Below, piece by piece: positions 18,581 to 29,535 of a DNA stretch of 61,765 bases. Origin of the DNA: Bacillota bacterium (GTDB lineage: Bacteria; Bacillota; DTU025); NCBI GenBank assembly GCA_028709305.1, contig JAQVXE010000003.1, positions 1-61,765 of the forward strand, given 5' to 3'. Below the pieces are notes generated by a model that saw only the letters and a list, made by a program, of their open reading frames with translations, did no database searches and was not told the origin of the DNA. The first letter of the stretch is position 1, and each line of letters opens with the position of its first letter. A program made the position numbers and the translations under genes.

Positions 18581-19522
18581 ATGAGCTTTGAAACAAGAAA
18601 AGACCTGCTCGGGCTGAAGGATCTTAGCAGGGAAGAGATTGAACTGATACTTGATACTGCCGTCCCCATGAAGGACGTGATCAGACGCGAGATCAAAAAA
18701 GTGCCTGCTCTACGAGGCAAAGGCATGATCACTGTCTTTTATGAGAACAGCACCCGTACTAGAACCTCGTTCGAGCTTGCCGGGAAGTATCTCAGCGCTG
18801 ACACATCCAATCTGGCGGTCTCCACTAGCAGCGTGCAAAAAGGAGAAAGCCTGAAGGACACGATCAAGACCATTGAAATGATGGGCCCCGATATTCTGGT
18901 AATGCGTCATTCCATGAGCGGAGCTCCACACTACGTTGCCAGGAACACTAAGATGAGAGTGATAAACGCCGGGGACGGCACGAATGAGCATCCCACCCAG
19001 GCGCTGCTGGACTTGTTCAGTATCCGTGAGCGCAAAGGGACCCTTGAAGGGCTGAAAGTGGCCATTGTGGGCGACATCCTTCACAGCCGTGTAGCCAGGT
19101 CCAACATATACGGCCTGAGCAAGTTCGGCTGCGAGGTGCGCGTGGTTGGCCCGTCAACACTGATGCCGCCTGAGATCGAGCGGCTTGGTGTGCGCCAGTA
19201 TTTCGACCTGAAAGAGGGCATCAGCGGGGTGGATGTAATAAACGTTCTTAGGATCCAGAGGGAGCGTCAGCATGTCGGCCTCTTCCCTTCCCTGGAGGAA
19301 TACGCAGAGCTCTATATGCTCCGGCCTAACCACCTTGGGCTTGCCAACGACGGCGCTATTCTTCTCCATCCTGGCCCGATGAACAGAGGTATCGAGATCT
19401 CGACTGAACTCGCGGAAGGACCTAACACACTCGTCAACGAACAAGTCACAAATGGAGTTGCAGTCCGTATGGCGCTTCTATTCCTCATGATGGGAGGCCG
19501 AAGAGATGAAATTGCTGCTTAG
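18581..19522 (+). CDS. pyrB: aspartate carbamoyltransferase catalytic subunit
   Basis: STRTRTSFE, HPTQALLD and HPGPMNRG motifs. ATG at 18581 follows AAAGGGGG. The longer ORF from 18455 would run through the attenuator. Confidence 0.95.
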   Translation: MSFETRKDLLGLKDLSREEIELILDTAVPMKDVIRREIKKVPALRGKGMITVFYENSTRTRTSFELAGKYLSADTSNLAVSTSSVQKGESLKDTIKTIEMMGPDILVMRHSMSGAPHYVARNTKMRVINAGDGTNEHPTQALLDLFSIRERKGTLEGLKVAIVGDILHSRVARSNIYGLSKFGCEVRVVGPSTLMPPEIERLGVRQYFDLKEGISGVDVINVLRIQRERQHVGLFPSLEEYAELYMLRPNHLGLANDGAILLHPGPMNRGIEISTELAEGPNTLVNEQVTNGVAVRMALLFLMMGGRRDEIAA

Positions 19523-20816
19523 GGGCGGTAGAGTCGTTGACCCCGCAAGTGGAATCAACACTGTAACCTGCGTACTCGTGGAAGAAGGCAAGATCGTCGC
19601 ATTGGGAGAGATCCCGGGGGAAGAAGGCGATGCTTCCGACACTAAAGTGATAGATTGCACAGGGAAGATCGTCTGCCCTGGGTTCATAGATCTCCATGCC
19701 CACCTGAGGGAGCCGGGGTACGAGTACAAAGAGGACATTCTTACTGGGTCCCGCGCAGCGGCAGCAGGGGGCTTTACCACCATCTGCGCAATGCCAAATA
19801 CCAACCCGGTGGTAGACAACGGCGCAGTGGCAGGATACGTGGCCAGAAGGGCACGGGAAGTAGGCATTGTTAATGTGCTGCCCATAGGGAGCATAACCAA
19901 GGGCCAGGCCGGCGAAGAACTGAGCGAAATGGCCGAGCTGGTCCAGGCGGGGTGTGTTGCAGTCTCAGACGACGGGAAGCCGGTAATGAGATCCGACATC
20001 ATGCGCCATGCCCTGGACTATGCGGGAATGTTCGATGTCCCAGTTCTCTCCCACTGCGAGGATATCAACCTTTCTGCCGACGGGCAGATGCATGAAGGCT
20101 TTAGATCCACCGTGTACGGGCTACAGGGGATTCCAGCCGAGGCTGAGGAGATAATGGTTTCACGCGACGCGATGCTGGCAAAGCTCACAGGAGGACGACT
20201 CCACATCTGCCACGTTTCCACCATGGGCAGCCTCGACATCATCCGCAGGGCGAAGGCGGAAGGCGTCCGCATCACCTGCGAAGTGACACCTCATCACCTC
20301 ACCCTTACCGACGAAGCTGTGGGCTCATACGATGCCGACACAAAAGTAAACCCACCGCTCCGCTCGGAAGGGCATGTAGCCGCTTTGCGCGAAGCAGTTG
20401 TGTCAGGTTTGGTGGATTGCATTGCCACTGATCATGCGCCTCACCACATCGAAAGCAAGGATTGCGAATACGGGAATGCCGCATTTGGAATATCAGGCTT
20501 TGAGACTGCAATAGCTGTGATTATGGACAGACTAGTTCACACAGGAGTCCTGCAGCTCAGCAAGGCCGTTGCCCTATTGACCTCGGGGCCTGCCCGGATT
20601 CTCGGGATTGAGAAGGGGACTCTCACCCCTGGACGGACTGCGGACATCACTATCATAGACCCAGACGAAGTCAGAACCGTTGATCCAGGCCATTTCTACT
20701 CTAAGGGCAAGAACACTCCATACAAGGGCATGCAGCTCAGAGGATGGCCATGGATGACCATAGTCGGCGGTCGTATAGTCTTCAAGGAAGGCAGCGTTAT
20801 GGAGATGAAGCTTTAA
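19506..20816 (+). CDS. pyrC: dihydroorotase
   Basis: 436 aa with PGFIDLHAHLREPG, HVSTMGS and ATDHAPH motifs. It overlaps the pyrB end. Confidence 0.95.
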   Translation: MKLLLRGGRVVDPASGINTVTCVLVEEGKIVALGEIPGEEGDASDTKVIDCTGKIVCPGFIDLHAHLREPGYEYKEDILTGSRAAAAGGFTTICAMPNTNPVVDNGAVAGYVARRAREVGIVNVLPIGSITKGQAGEELSEMAELVQAGCVAVSDDGKPVMRSDIMRHALDYAGMFDVPVLSHCEDINLSADGQMHEGFRSTVYGLQGIPAEAEEIMVSRDAMLAKLTGGRLHICHVSTMGSLDIIRRAKAEGVRITCEVTPHHLTLTDEAVGSYDADTKVNPPLRSEGHVAALREAVVSGLVDCIATDHAPHHIESKDCEYGNAAFGISGFETAIAVIMDRLVHTGVLQLSKAVALLTSGPARILGIEKGTLTPGRTADITIIDPDEVRTVDPGHFYSKGKNTPYKGMQLRGWPWMTIVGGRIVFKEGSVMEMKL

Positions 20817-21709
20817 TGGAACGAGTCGAAGCAAAACGCGCCGTTTGCGTGGAAACGGCAACAATCATCAAGAACGATCATGTTGGAGTGGGCCTCTGGG
20901 AGATGGAACTTGCTGCCCCGCGGATAGTAGCGGCAAAGCCGCGCCCGGGGCAGTTCGTCCATGTACGAACAGTGCCTGCGGATCCCCGCGGCAATCCCCA
21001 TGCACATCCCCTCCTCAGGAGGCCCTTCAGCCTTTACGATGTGGACATGGAGCGAAGCAACATATCCATTCTGTACAAGGTACAGGGCACAGGCACGTCC
21101 CTCATGACGAAACTGAGGCCCCGCGACCTGATTGACATCATGGGCCCTCTCGGGCGGAGTTTTTCCACCCCCTCGCAGGCAAATGGCCCATTCACTGCCC
21201 TTGTGGTAGGCGGCGGTGTCGGAATAGCCCCTCTTGTCTACCTCACCCGTCTTCTCAGGCAGAGAGGCTGCAAAGTGGGCGTGCTCTACGGAGCAAGTAC
21301 TTGCGGCGAACTGGCAGCCCTTTACCGACTGCAGCAACTGGGTGCCTCATGTCGGTGTACTACGCTAGACGAGAGCCTGGGCGTTTGTGGAGTGGTAACA
21401 GACCTGCTTCCCCAGGCCATTCAAGCACTGCACCCCGACTTCATATACACCTGCGGTCCCGAACCGATGATGGCTGCCGTTGCCCGCATCGCGCAAAAGA
21501 ACAACATACCCGGCGAAGCATCCCTTGAGGCCCACATGGCCTGCGGGGTTGGGGCATGTCTCGGCTGTGCCCGCAAGCTGCGGGGTAGCGATGCAGGCTA
21601 CGTAAAAGTTTGTGTGGACGGCCCCGTCTTCCCCATCGACAGGATCGAGTTCGAGGCCGGGGAGAAACATGGCGCAGAGGAGGCAACAGAATGCGAACAG
21701 AGGGTTTAG
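20816..21709 (+). CDS. pyrK: dihydroorotate dehydrogenase electron-transfer subunit
   Basis: FAD/NAD-binding fold ([14 protein letters not shown]) and a C-terminal 2Fe-2S cluster motif ([10 protein letters not shown]). Its ATG overlaps the pyrC TAA (TAATG). Confidence 0.9.
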   Translation: MERVEAKRAVCVETATIIKNDHVGVGLWEMELAAPRIVAAKPRPGQFVHVRTVPADPRGNPHAHPLLRRPFSLYDVDMERSNISILYKVQGTGTSLMTKLRPRDLIDIMGPLGRSFSTPSQANGPFTALVVGGGVGIAPLVYLTRLLRQRGCKVGVLYGASTCGELAALYRLQQLGASCRCTTLDESLGVCGVVTDLLPQAIQALHPDFIYTCGPEPMMAAVARIAQKNNIPGEASLEAHMACGVGACLGCARKLRGSDAGYVKVCVDGPVFPIDRIEFEAGEKHGAEEATECEQRV

Positions 21710-22620
21710 CCCCAGATCTCGGGGTCGATCTCGGCGGGATCAAACTGGCCAACCCTGTACTCATGGCATCAGGTACCTTCGGCTACGGTGCCGACTACGT
21801 CGATCTCGTCGACCCTGCTGACCTCGGCGCCGTTATCGTCAAAGGCACCACACTGCACCCTCGCGCGGGCAATCCTCCGCCGCGGATAGTGGAAACCCCA
21901 TCCGGGATGTTGAATGCAATTGGTCTCGAAAACCCCGGCATCGAAGCCTTCATGGATGAACATCTTCCACGCCTTCGTGCCCACCACGTAACGGTGATAG
22001 TCAACATAGCCGGAGAGAGTGTCGATGAATATGCGGAGCTGGCCAAGATCATAGACGGCAGTATTGGGGTAGCGGGAATAGAGATAAACATCTCATGCCC
22101 TAACGTAGCGCGGGGAGGAATGCAGTTCGGCGCCGATCCCGGCGCAGCCCGGGAAGTTGTATCCGCAGTTCGCAGCGTCACATCGCTTCCGATAGTTCCG
22201 AAGCTCTCGCCAAACGTGACTGACATCGTCTCCATGGCAGTGGCTTGCCAGGACGCGGGAGCTGACGCCATATCCATGATAAACACCTTGTCGGGGATAG
22301 CGATTGACATCGAGAAGAGGCGCCCGCTATTGGGCAACGTCTTTGGCGGACTTTCCGGACCGGCCATCAAGCCGGTAGCCCTTCGCATGATATACCAGGT
22401 CTACAGGGCAGTCGACCTTCCGATACTTGGTGGGGGCGGAATTGCATCTGCCCGGGACGCCCTGGAATTTCACATGGCGGGAGCAACAGCAGTATCCATC
22501 GGAACGGGAACCTTCGTCCGCCCCACTCTTGCTATGGAGGTTATCGAAGGCGTACGGGATTACCTCGTCGTGCACAATCTCGAAAGCATTGATCAGATTA
22601 TCGGAGCGGCGGCCAGATGA
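21691..22620 (+). CDS. pyrD: dihydroorotate dehydrogenase 1B catalytic subunit
   Basis: [32 protein letters not shown] and GGGI motifs. The ATG at 21691 overlaps the pyrK end. Confidence 0.95.
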   Translation: MRTEGLAPDLGVDLGGIKLANPVLMASGTFGYGADYVDLVDPADLGAVIVKGTTLHPRAGNPPPRIVETPSGMLNAIGLENPGIEAFMDEHLPRLRAHHVTVIVNIAGESVDEYAELAKIIDGSIGVAGIEINISCPNVARGGMQFGADPGAAREVVSAVRSVTSLPIVPKLSPNVTDIVSMAVACQDAGADAISMINTLSGIAIDIEKRRPLLGNVFGGLSGPAIKPVALRMIYQVYRAVDLPILGGGGIASARDALEFHMAGATAVSIGTGTFVRPTLAMEVIEGVRDYLVVHNLESIDQIIGAAAR

Positions 22621-22666
22621 GGCTTGAAAGCCCGAAACCTGCCGCCGCAATAGAGGAGCGTTTGCC

Positions 22667-23434
22667 ATGGAACCAAAAGACGCACTTATTGTGGCCCTAG
22701 ATGTCGACACCAGGGAAGAAGCTTTAGGTATAGCCAGGGAGCTTGCGGATGAAGTTGGCGCATTCAAAGTCGGAATGCAGCTTTTCAACAGCGAAGGCCC
22801 TGACGTAGTCAAGCGCATCCAGGAGCTAGGCGGACGGGTATTTGTAGATCTCAAGTTTCATGATATCCCGAACACCGTTGCCGCTGCAGGCAGGGTCATG
22901 GCAAGGCTTGGCTGTGCCATGTTCACTCTCCATGCGGCAGGCGGATCTGACATGCTTCAGGCGGCAGCTCAGGCTGTGCGGGATGAAAGCGCCGCACGGG
23001 GAGTGGATGAGCCGCTGATCCTTGCTGTTACCGTGCTTACCAGCATCGGCCAGGACCAGCTCGCTCAGGAGATGCTCATTCGCAACGCCTCCGTCGAAGA
23101 AGTGGCCGCCATCTGGGGCAGAATGGCACAAGCATGCGGCATCGGCGGAGTGGTATGTTCGCCCCGGGAGATAACCGCCGTCCGAAAGGCATGCGGACCC
23201 GAACTCCGGATAGTGACCCCTGGAATCCGCCCATCATGGACAGAAGGCTTAGCCGCAGACGACCAGCGCAGGATAACCACTCCTGCACAGGCCATCTCCC
23301 TCGGCGCCAACTACATAGTCGTCGGCCGCCCCATCACCCGAGCCCAAAACAGGCTCGAGGCCGCAAAGAAAATTGCGGCGGAGATTGCCGAAGCCAAAGC
23401 AGGAAAGGAGGCTTGCTCGGCGAATGAGCGCTAA
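22667..23434 (+). CDS. pyrF: orotidine-5'-phosphate decarboxylase
   Basis: LIVALDV, DLKFHDIPNTV and VVGRPI motifs. Confidence 0.95.
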   Translation: MEPKDALIVALDVDTREEALGIARELADEVGAFKVGMQLFNSEGPDVVKRIQELGGRVFVDLKFHDIPNTVAAAGRVMARLGCAMFTLHAAGGSDMLQAAAQAVRDESAARGVDEPLILAVTVLTSIGQDQLAQEMLIRNASVEEVAAIWGRMAQACGIGGVVCSPREITAVRKACGPELRIVTPGIRPSWTEGLAADDQRRITTPAQAISLGANYIVVGRPITRAQNRLEAAKKIAAEIAEAKAGKEACSANER

Positions 23435-24020
23435 TTCTAAATGCAACGATCACACAGAAGAGGCTCTGAAGATCCTCACCGACTCCGGTGCCCTTCTCAG
23501 CGGCCACTTTCTGCTCACTTCCGGAAGGCACAGCGACAGGTATATGCAGTGCGCTCAAGTGCTCAAATATCCGGAGCATACGGAGAAGCTTGCGCGCTGG
23601 CTCGCAGCGGATTTCGCAGACGACCGGATAGACCTTGTCATAGGCCCCGCCATTGGCGGCATCATAGTGGCCTACGAAACCGGGCGACAACTTGGTGTGC
23701 CCGCGATCTTTGCAGAACGCAACAGTTCGGGGTCAATGGCCCTCCGTCGGGGGTTTGCAATCGCTCCCGGCCAACGTGTCCTTGTCGTAGAAGATGTCAC
23801 TACAACCGGGGGCTCCGTCAGAGAAGTCATGCAACTTGTTGAAGAATCCGGCGGAATCGTAGCAGGCGTGGGAGTGTTGGTGGACAGGAGCAACGGCCAA
23901 GTGGACTTCGGCGTAAAGCAACGCGCAGTTGTCACCATGGAAGTCCTCTCTTGGGACGCAGCCGAATGCCCGCTCTGTGGCGGGGGATCGGAGCCGGTGA
24001 AGCCTGGAAGCCGGAAGTAA
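23424..24020 (+). CDS. pyrE: orotate phosphoribosyltransferase
   Basis: GHFLLTSGRHSDRYMQC and the PRPP loop VLVVEDVTTTGGS. The ATG at 23424 overlaps the pyrF end. Confidence 0.9.
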   Translation: MSANSKCNDHTEEALKILTDSGALLSGHFLLTSGRHSDRYMQCAQVLKYPEHTEKLARWLAADFADDRIDLVIGPAIGGIIVAYETGRQLGVPAIFAERNSSGSMALRRGFAIAPGQRVLVVEDVTTTGGSVREVMQLVEESGGIVAGVGVLVDRSNGQVDFGVKQRAVVTMEVLSWDAAECPLCGGGSEPVKPGSRK

Positions 24021-24172
24021 GCCTGGAGAACCCGAAGTAGCGCTGGCTCGCGGCATTGTCGCTCTTTTCGGAGGAATTCGTCTATTCGCAGAGTAAGTAG
24101 ATCCACAGCAAACCCAGTGGAAGGAGGCAGGGCGTTAGCAGGGCCCGCAGGGCCCGGCACGCAAGTGGAGAC

Positions 24173-24691
24173 ATGAAAGATGGGCTTAAGCTTGTAGCTC
24201 AACTGATGGAGATTTCGGCACGAACCGCACCCAAGGCAGTCGGGAAAGATTTTGTGGTCACCCGGGTCGTGGCAGGCGACGATCTGAAGAAGCTCGCAGA
24301 GGAGATGGAACGCTACGGCGAAGAGACCGGCAAGAGGAACTACGACAGGGATGCCCGTGGTGTTGCAGCAGCCGGAGCACTGCTGCTTGTGGGCTTGAAA
24401 GACGCAGCTCCCTGTGGCCTCAATTGTGGGGCGTGCGGACATTCAACCTGCGTAGACCTGGCCGCCCTGGCAGAAGGCCCTGAGTTTGCCGGACCTATCT
24501 GCGCGTGGCGCCTGGTTGACCTGGGAATTGCGCTGGGCTCGGCTGCGAAAACAGCGTCAATTCATAATGTTGACAACAGGATTATGTATCGGATCGGGGT
24601 TGTAGCCCGTAAGATGGGCCTGATAGATGCAGACGCGGTCCTGGGAGCGCCCCTCTCGGCATCAGGGAAGAACCCTTATTTCGACCGCTAG
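24173..24691 (+). CDS. DUF2148-type ferredoxin-domain protein
   Basis: 172 aa with the CGLNCGACG motif and the overall pattern of DUF2148 proteins. The family call is from memory. Confidence 0.6.
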   Translation: MKDGLKLVAQLMEISARTAPKAVGKDFVVTRVVAGDDLKKLAEEMERYGEETGKRNYDRDARGVAAAGALLLVGLKDAAPCGLNCGACGHSTCVDLAALAEGPEFAGPICAWRLVDLGIALGSAAKTASIHNVDNRIMYRIGVVARKMGLIDADAVLGAPLSASGKNPYFDR

Positions 24692-24779
24692 GGCCCGGTG
24701 TGTCCCAGAGGCTCGGCGCGGCCGTCGCCTGAGCCTGCAAACCCCTTGCCCATTAACCCAGCATTGCAACGCAATAACT

Positions 24780-24815
24780 GAAGCGTCGATGCAACAGTAT
24801 CGACGCTTCTTGCTG
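24780..24815 (+). terminator. hairpin terminator between convergent genes
   Basis: 11-bp perfect stem GAAGCGTCGAT / ATCGACGCTTC with an 8-nt loop, followed by TTGCTGCTT. Confidence 0.5.
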
Positions 24816-24915
24816 CTTCCATTCGCTTCATGCCCGCACAACGCCATTCAACCGCTCGCAACCTCAAGTCAGGCGAAGCCACGCACAATGTGACGACTGT
24901 CCACTGTCTGAAAGA

Positions 24916-25695
24916 TCAATAATGACCGAGAAGCCCGCGGCTCTTCGCGACATTCTCACACCGCGAGAAGATCACGATTCCGACGGCGAGATATGCCGCA
25001 CCCACTGCAATGGCGATCAGAATGTCGTTCAACGGAAGTTCCCAGAGACGGGCGCCGTCGACCATCACAGTGTATATTAGGCTGTTTCCCATAGCAAGCG
25101 GCAAGAACTTCGCCCACGCCACGCGGATCGGGACTATCAAGAAGCCGACAAACACGAACTGCATTATCTGAAAGAGTGCCTGTATCCTCTTGAACACCAA
25201 GGCAAGCCCGCCTAGGGCAAAACCGAACCCGTATGCCCCAAGCAAGGTTATTATCAGCAGAGGCACGAGACTGACGAAATCGAGGTTCATCCATTTGCCA
25301 GTTGTGGCCATCATCGCGAAAAGAAGAACCATGATCGGCACCAAACTGAAAACGAGATTCGCAAGAACCGTACATGCCCCCACCCATTTGAATCCGCATG
25401 GGGCAAGGTAGAGCTGTTCCAAAGTACCTGCCTGTGCTTCGCTTATGAGGCTCCATGACAAGTCGGAGAAGGCGTATATAGTAAAGGTCCAGACGAAAAA
25501 CCCAACGACAGTGCCTTCAAGAGAGCCCTCCAAAGATCCAGCCATCACGTAATTGGACATGCTCTTAAAGCCCATGAAGATCAAGATGAAGATAAGGTAT
25601 ACCGACATCAGGCTGGATATGGAGTTAACCATGTAGCGCTTGATCATGGTCCACTCCCGCCTGAAGACGGCCAGAAAAACAGTTCCCAGGTTCAT
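24916..25695 (-). CDS. ABC-2 type transporter permease
   Basis: 259 aa with six predicted TM segments. There is a 4-nt overlap with the upstream ATPase gene. Confidence 0.8.
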   Translation of the reverse strand: MNLGTVFLAVFRREWTMIKRYMVNSISSLMSVYLIFILIFMGFKSMSNYVMAGSLEGSLEGTVVGFFVWTFTIYAFSDLSWSLISEAQAGTLEQLYLAPCGFKWVGACTVLANLVFSLVPIMVLLFAMMATTGKWMNLDFVSLVPLLIITLLGAYGFGFALGGLALVFKRIQALFQIMQFVFVGFLIVPIRVAWAKFLPLAMGNSLIYTVMVDGARLWELPLNDILIAIAVGAAYLAVGIVIFSRCENVAKSRGLLGHY

Positions 25696-26663
25696 AGAAG
25701 CTCCCTCTCCTTTCTGACGACCTCAAGGTACACCTTTTCCATGTCGATCTCTTCATGCGAGATCTCGTCTATGACCGCATCTGCGTCGCGCAAGATATCC
25801 ATAAGGCGATAGATGTCGTCATCTTCAGAAAGTGTTACTCTGACTTCCGTGCCCGAGTCTATCTCTGCCACAGATGCGCCGGCAAACTCCTGCCTGAGTC
25901 TTTCTTCCAGCCCCGGCGGCACAGACCCGCGAAGGGCGATTCGGTAAGCCTTCGTTCTGAAGAGGTCGATGAGGCTGCTCACACGGTCGTCTACGACTAC
26001 TCGGCCTTGCGACATGATGATCACGCGCCCGCAAACGTCCTGGATTACGTCCATGTCATGGCTGCTTACAACAAAAGCCCGATCCTCTTCAAGAGCAAGC
26101 TGTTTCAGCAAAGTCCTAAGTTCAAGCGACGTCTCAACATCCAAGCCCAAGGTGGGCTCGTCCAGAAAGACCAGCGGGGTCCGGCGTGCAAGAGCGCACA
26201 CGACACTCGTCTTCTGCTTCATTCCCTGCGACAGTTTTCTGACTTCGACGTTCCTCTTCTTTTCCAAGGAGAAGAGATTCAGGAGGTGGTTGAAGTAAGC
26301 TTTGTCTTCAGAAGACGCAACTCCATGGAGCGCAGAGAAGAACAGGATGTTCTCCCACACAGTCAGCCTCCAATACAGATTCCTGCTCCCCTCAAGAACC
26401 GCACTCATCTTCCTCAGTATTCCAGGATAGCCTGACTGAACATCCTCTCCGAAGACTGTGATTCGCCCCGAATCGGGGCCCATCAATCCGAGAGCGCATT
26501 TGATCGTAGTCGTCTTCCCTGCACCGTTCGGCCCGAGGAGTCCCACAACTTCACCCTCTTCCACATGGAAGGTGGCATTGTCAACGGCTCTTACCAACTT
26601 GCGGCCCCCATCGCGAAAGGTCTTCGTCAAGGCTTCCACCTTGAGCGCAATAGTCTTGCCCAA
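25692..26663 (-). CDS. ABC transporter ATP-binding protein (DrrA-like)
   Basis: Walker A GPNGAGKTT, signature LSQGMKQK and Walker B LVFLDEPTLGLD, plus a C-terminal extension. Confidence 0.9.
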   Translation of the reverse strand: MGKTIALKVEALTKTFRDGGRKLVRAVDNATFHVEEGEVVGLLGPNGAGKTTTIKCALGLMGPDSGRITVFGEDVQSGYPGILRKMSAVLEGSRNLYWRLTVWENILFFSALHGVASSEDKAYFNHLLNLFSLEKKRNVEVRKLSQGMKQKTSVVCALARRTPLVFLDEPTLGLDVETSLELRTLLKQLALEEDRAFVVSSHDMDVIQDVCGRVIIMSQGRVVVDDRVSSLIDLFRTKAYRIALRGSVPPGLEERLRQEFAGASVAEIDSGTEVRVTLSEDDDIYRLMDILRDADAVIDEISHEEIDMEKVYLEVVRKERELL

Positions 26664-26780
26664 ACCTCATACACCTCCTGCGCAATCTTGCGGCAATCCG
26701 CCCCTATACAGCTGGCCCAACGGAGTAGATTGGGCATTTGCCATATCGTGGTTCGACTTCACAACGCTTCCATGCATCCA

Positions 26781-26809
26781 ATGCTACAGCTTGGATTGAA
26801 TATTGTCAA
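26781..26809 (-). promoter_or_regulatory. sigma-70-type promoter for the ABC-2 exporter operon
   Basis: On the minus strand: TTGACA (26809-26804), a 17-nt spacer and TAGCAT (26786-26781), in an AT-rich intergenic region. Confidence 0.4.
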
Positions 26810-26925
26810 GTATATGTTCATCAAATTGAATGTGTTATTAACTTTTCGCATTTACGCTTCTCTTTCGAACTGTATTTCATTGGCCAGGGTTCACAGCTGT
26901 TTCGACAACGCGCCGTCATTAGGGA

Positions 26926-27792
26926 TCACACTCGCACGGGAAGACCGGCATCAAGTGCTATCCCTTCCAGGTCCACTTTACACCGCCACGCCCATACTTC
27001 AACCCCTGCCTCCAACGCGCCAACGAGGGCATCAGAGAAGTCCGGATCCATGTTGCGGTTGGGAATGAAGGACGACGCGTCTATTCGCTGGATGACGAAG
27101 AGGGCTATGGCTCTGAAGCCCTCAGCAACAGCTTGCGCAAGCTCCTTCATGTGCCTCGCCCCGCGGACCGTGGGCGCATCTGGAAACATGGCCATGCCAT
27201 CATCCACAAGAGTTACTGATTTGACCTCAATGAAGCAGTCACGGGCATCCCGCGCCCCTGTCCCGGGCAGGCCTCCTTCAACTGCATGCCTGTGAGCACC
27301 GGCCTTCCCGTTGCCCTCGCCAGTGGATAGGCGGAAATCGAATCTGCTGGTGCCGAAGGAAGACTCCCTCAAGATGCGGGTGTATGCAGCAAGCTCGGGG
27401 AAGAAGCCCGCCTGCAAAGCCAGATGTATGAGGTCATTGGGAACCCGCGAATCCACCGACACCAATACTCCGTCATAGGCGACCAGCACTAGGTCATAGA
27501 AGGTCTTCCGCCCCGGGCCGCCCCTCGCGGCAGCAGAATCGCTAGATCCAGGTGTCTTGGGGAAAGCAGGGACTACGTAGACTTTGGCCCCGGGCACAAG
27601 CAGTTCTGTCAGTCGGCCGGGATCTGCCAAATGTGCCGTGATCTCGTCGCCGGCTCTGTCAATGCCATAGGCCTGTTCCACATCGCAGGCAAGACGGACT
27701 ATGGCGACAAACCTGTTAGGCCTGGCAATGAATGTGGCTTCCACAGGAACTTGGTTTCGAGTATGGACTGGAACGTGCTGCGAATCCACCAT
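26926..27792 (-). CDS. sfsA: SfsA-family DNA/RNA nuclease-like protein (sugar fermentation stimulation protein homologue)
   Basis: FIARPNRFVA, HLADPGRLTELL, IEVKSVTL and FPDAPTVRGARHMKEL motifs. It is about 50 aa longer than typical SfsA because of Gly/Ala-rich insertions. Confidence 0.8.
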   Translation of the reverse strand: MVDSQHVPVHTRNQVPVEATFIARPNRFVAIVRLACDVEQAYGIDRAGDEITAHLADPGRLTELLVPGAKVYVVPAFPKTPGSSDSAAARGGPGRKTFYDLVLVAYDGVLVSVDSRVPNDLIHLALQAGFFPELAAYTRILRESSFGTSRFDFRLSTGEGNGKAGAHRHAVEGGLPGTGARDARDCFIEVKSVTLVDDGMAMFPDAPTVRGARHMKELAQAVAEGFRAIALFVIQRIDASSFIPNRNMDPDFSDALVGALEAGVEVWAWRCKVDLEGIALDAGLPVRV

Positions 27793-27813
27793 GGATCCCT
27801 CCTATTCAAGCAA

Positions 27814-27859
27814 GAACGGGTTAGCCATCTCAGCCTCGATTGGCCGTGCTAACCCGTTC
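27814..27859 (-). terminator. 12-bp perfect-stem hairpin between the nitroreductase gene and sfsA
   Basis: GAACGGGTTAGC / GCTAACCCGTTC with a 22-nt loop. On the minus strand it is followed by TTGCTTG and then the sfsA RBS. The U-tract is weak, so it could also be a regulatory hairpin. Confidence 0.45.
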
Positions 27860-27951
27860 CTGCCTAGACATGTATTGCCCAAATGCAAGCTAAAATCGTC
27901 ACGGCAGACGCAGCTGATGCCGCATCCCGTGGAACTCGGTCTTTCATGCGA

Positions 27952-28485
27952 TTATTGTACCGTGATTACCGTCTCCTCCAAGGGTCTGCAAGAACGCGGC
28001 CTGCGGGCGGGCAACTCTGCCGGGTATCCCATGGGAACCAATGCTACAGGCCGAAAGCGTTCAGACAGGTTGAGAGCCTTACTCACCTTCTTCTCATCGA
28101 AGGCACCCACCCAACATGATCCGATCCCGTATGCCAATGCCGCCAGAATCATGTTCTGAACAGCGGCAGCAGTATCTTGTATGCAATACAGCTCAGATCC
28201 GCGGTAGCCGTAACGGGTCGCGCTCCGTGCAGGCTCGGCCAAAACAACCATGACTATCGGTGCTTGCCCGACGAACTCCTGGCCAAAAGCGGCTTCCGCC
28301 AGAGCCGCTTTGAGGCTTGGCCGCCAGATCACCCAGAACTGCCAGGGCTGAATATTGCCTGCGCTTGGAGCCTTAAGCCCGCAATCAATGATGCGGTTCA
28401 CAACAGATTCGGGAATGGGATCCTGTTTGAACTGCCGAACGCTGCGTCTCTCTTCAATAGCCTCAATCACGTTCTTGCTCAACAC
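27952..28485 (-). CDS. nitroreductase family protein
   Basis: IEERRSVRQFKQDPIP and GLKAPSAGNIQPWQF motifs. GGAGGTG precedes GTG at 28485 and TTG at 28482. The ORF track extends to 28560. Confidence 0.8.
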   Translation of the reverse strand: MLSKNVIEAIEERRSVRQFKQDPIPESVVNRIIDCGLKAPSAGNIQPWQFWVIWRPSLKAALAEAAFGQEFVGQAPIVMVVLAEPARSATRYGYRGSELYCIQDTAAAVQNMILAALAYGIGSCWVGAFDEKKVSKALNLSERFRPVALVPMGYPAELPARRPRSCRPLEETVITVQ

Positions 28486-28715
28486 AGTCACCTCCACTGA
28501 ACACAACACATCGAGGCTCTCACGATATGCATTTATCCGTAGTTCTGAAAATTCCTGCATATGTGCCTAAATTGTGAGTTTCTATGCCGCTGTAAAATAG
28601 CATGTTGGGATTGTCCATCAATACGCTTGCTATCAATTTCCTCGGCTGGTTGGCAGGCCGGGCGGACCCAAACAGCCGTTGCGACTCAATCACCCATTCC
28701 CAATCAAGCTCTGAG

Positions 28716-29153
28716 TCAGTTGATGTCTATTCTGCGCGTCTTCACCCTCGATTCTTCAGTCTTGGGTATGGTTATCTCAAGAACGCCATGGTTGAAACTG
28801 GCTTTAGCCTGGTCCGCCTTGACTCCGACATTCAGCGGAAGCGTCCTCATGAACTGCCCAGAGAAGCGCTCCCGCCGGAAAACATTGCCCGACTCAATCT
28901 CATGTTCAGTTTTTGATTCTCCCTTGATCGTGAGGCTGTTGTCTGTCATAGTCACTTCCAGGTCATCACGGTTCACTCCGGGCAAGTCGGCTCTGACCAC
29001 AACATTGTCATTGGTCTCATACATGTCCACTGACGGACGCCATTTCCCAGTCGCCGCCAGGTCCGTCCTCCAGCTCCCATCGCCTAAGATCCTGCCGAAT
29101 GCGTCGCGAAGCGCGACGAGATCTTCAAATGGATCCCACCTGGTAAGCCCCAT
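28716..29153 (-). CDS. Hsp20/alpha-crystallin family small heat-shock protein
   Basis: 145 aa with PSVDMYETNDNVVVRADLPGV and ASFNHGVLEITIPK, characteristic of the alpha-crystallin domain. Confidence 0.95.
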   Translation of the reverse strand: MGLTRWDPFEDLVALRDAFGRILGDGSWRTDLAATGKWRPSVDMYETNDNVVVRADLPGVNRDDLEVTMTDNSLTIKGESKTEHEIESGNVFRRERFSGQFMRTLPLNVGVKADQAKASFNHGVLEITIPKTEESRVKTRRIDIN

Positions 29154-29535
29154 CTGTCAGCCCTCCTCAATCATGTCTACTCCCCTGCCCCACATCGGGT
29201 TCTTCAGGCTTGCGCAGCCTGCCAAACCTCGATTCCGCCGCCACGTCCCGAGTGGCCGCCCGGCCTCTCCACGCTACGCCATGCCCTACTTGCAATAGCT
29301 AGTATGGCTCCAGGAGACCCAACTCAAACGACGGGTGAACGCAGTTTCTCAACTTGGGCACGAACCCAGTCGGAGATTCACATGAAGGCAGCAATATCTT
29401 GTTCTGTGAGCAAAGACCCTTGTTCCTTGCCTCATCTGCCCGTACAGAAGTGAGTGGAAGGCTAGTAGATAGGGTATATGGAGCCAGGGTCACATTTAAA
29501 AGACAAGTCATAATGGCTGTTGGGGTTGGGATGAT

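Noticed and set aside
26745-26760. GGTTCGACTTC resembling a tRNA T-arm
   Set aside because: No acceptor stem, anticodon arm or D-arm can be built around it. It lies in the AT-rich promoter region of the ABC exporter operon.
29154-29535. The 380-bp region upstream of hsp20 searched for CIRCE, HAIR or CtsR operators or a ROSE/fourU thermometer
   Set aside because: No TTAGCACTC-N9-GAGTGCTAA, CTTGAGT-N7-ACTCAAG or GGTCAAA repeats are present. I could find no obvious stem sequestering the GAGGAGGG RBS by eye.
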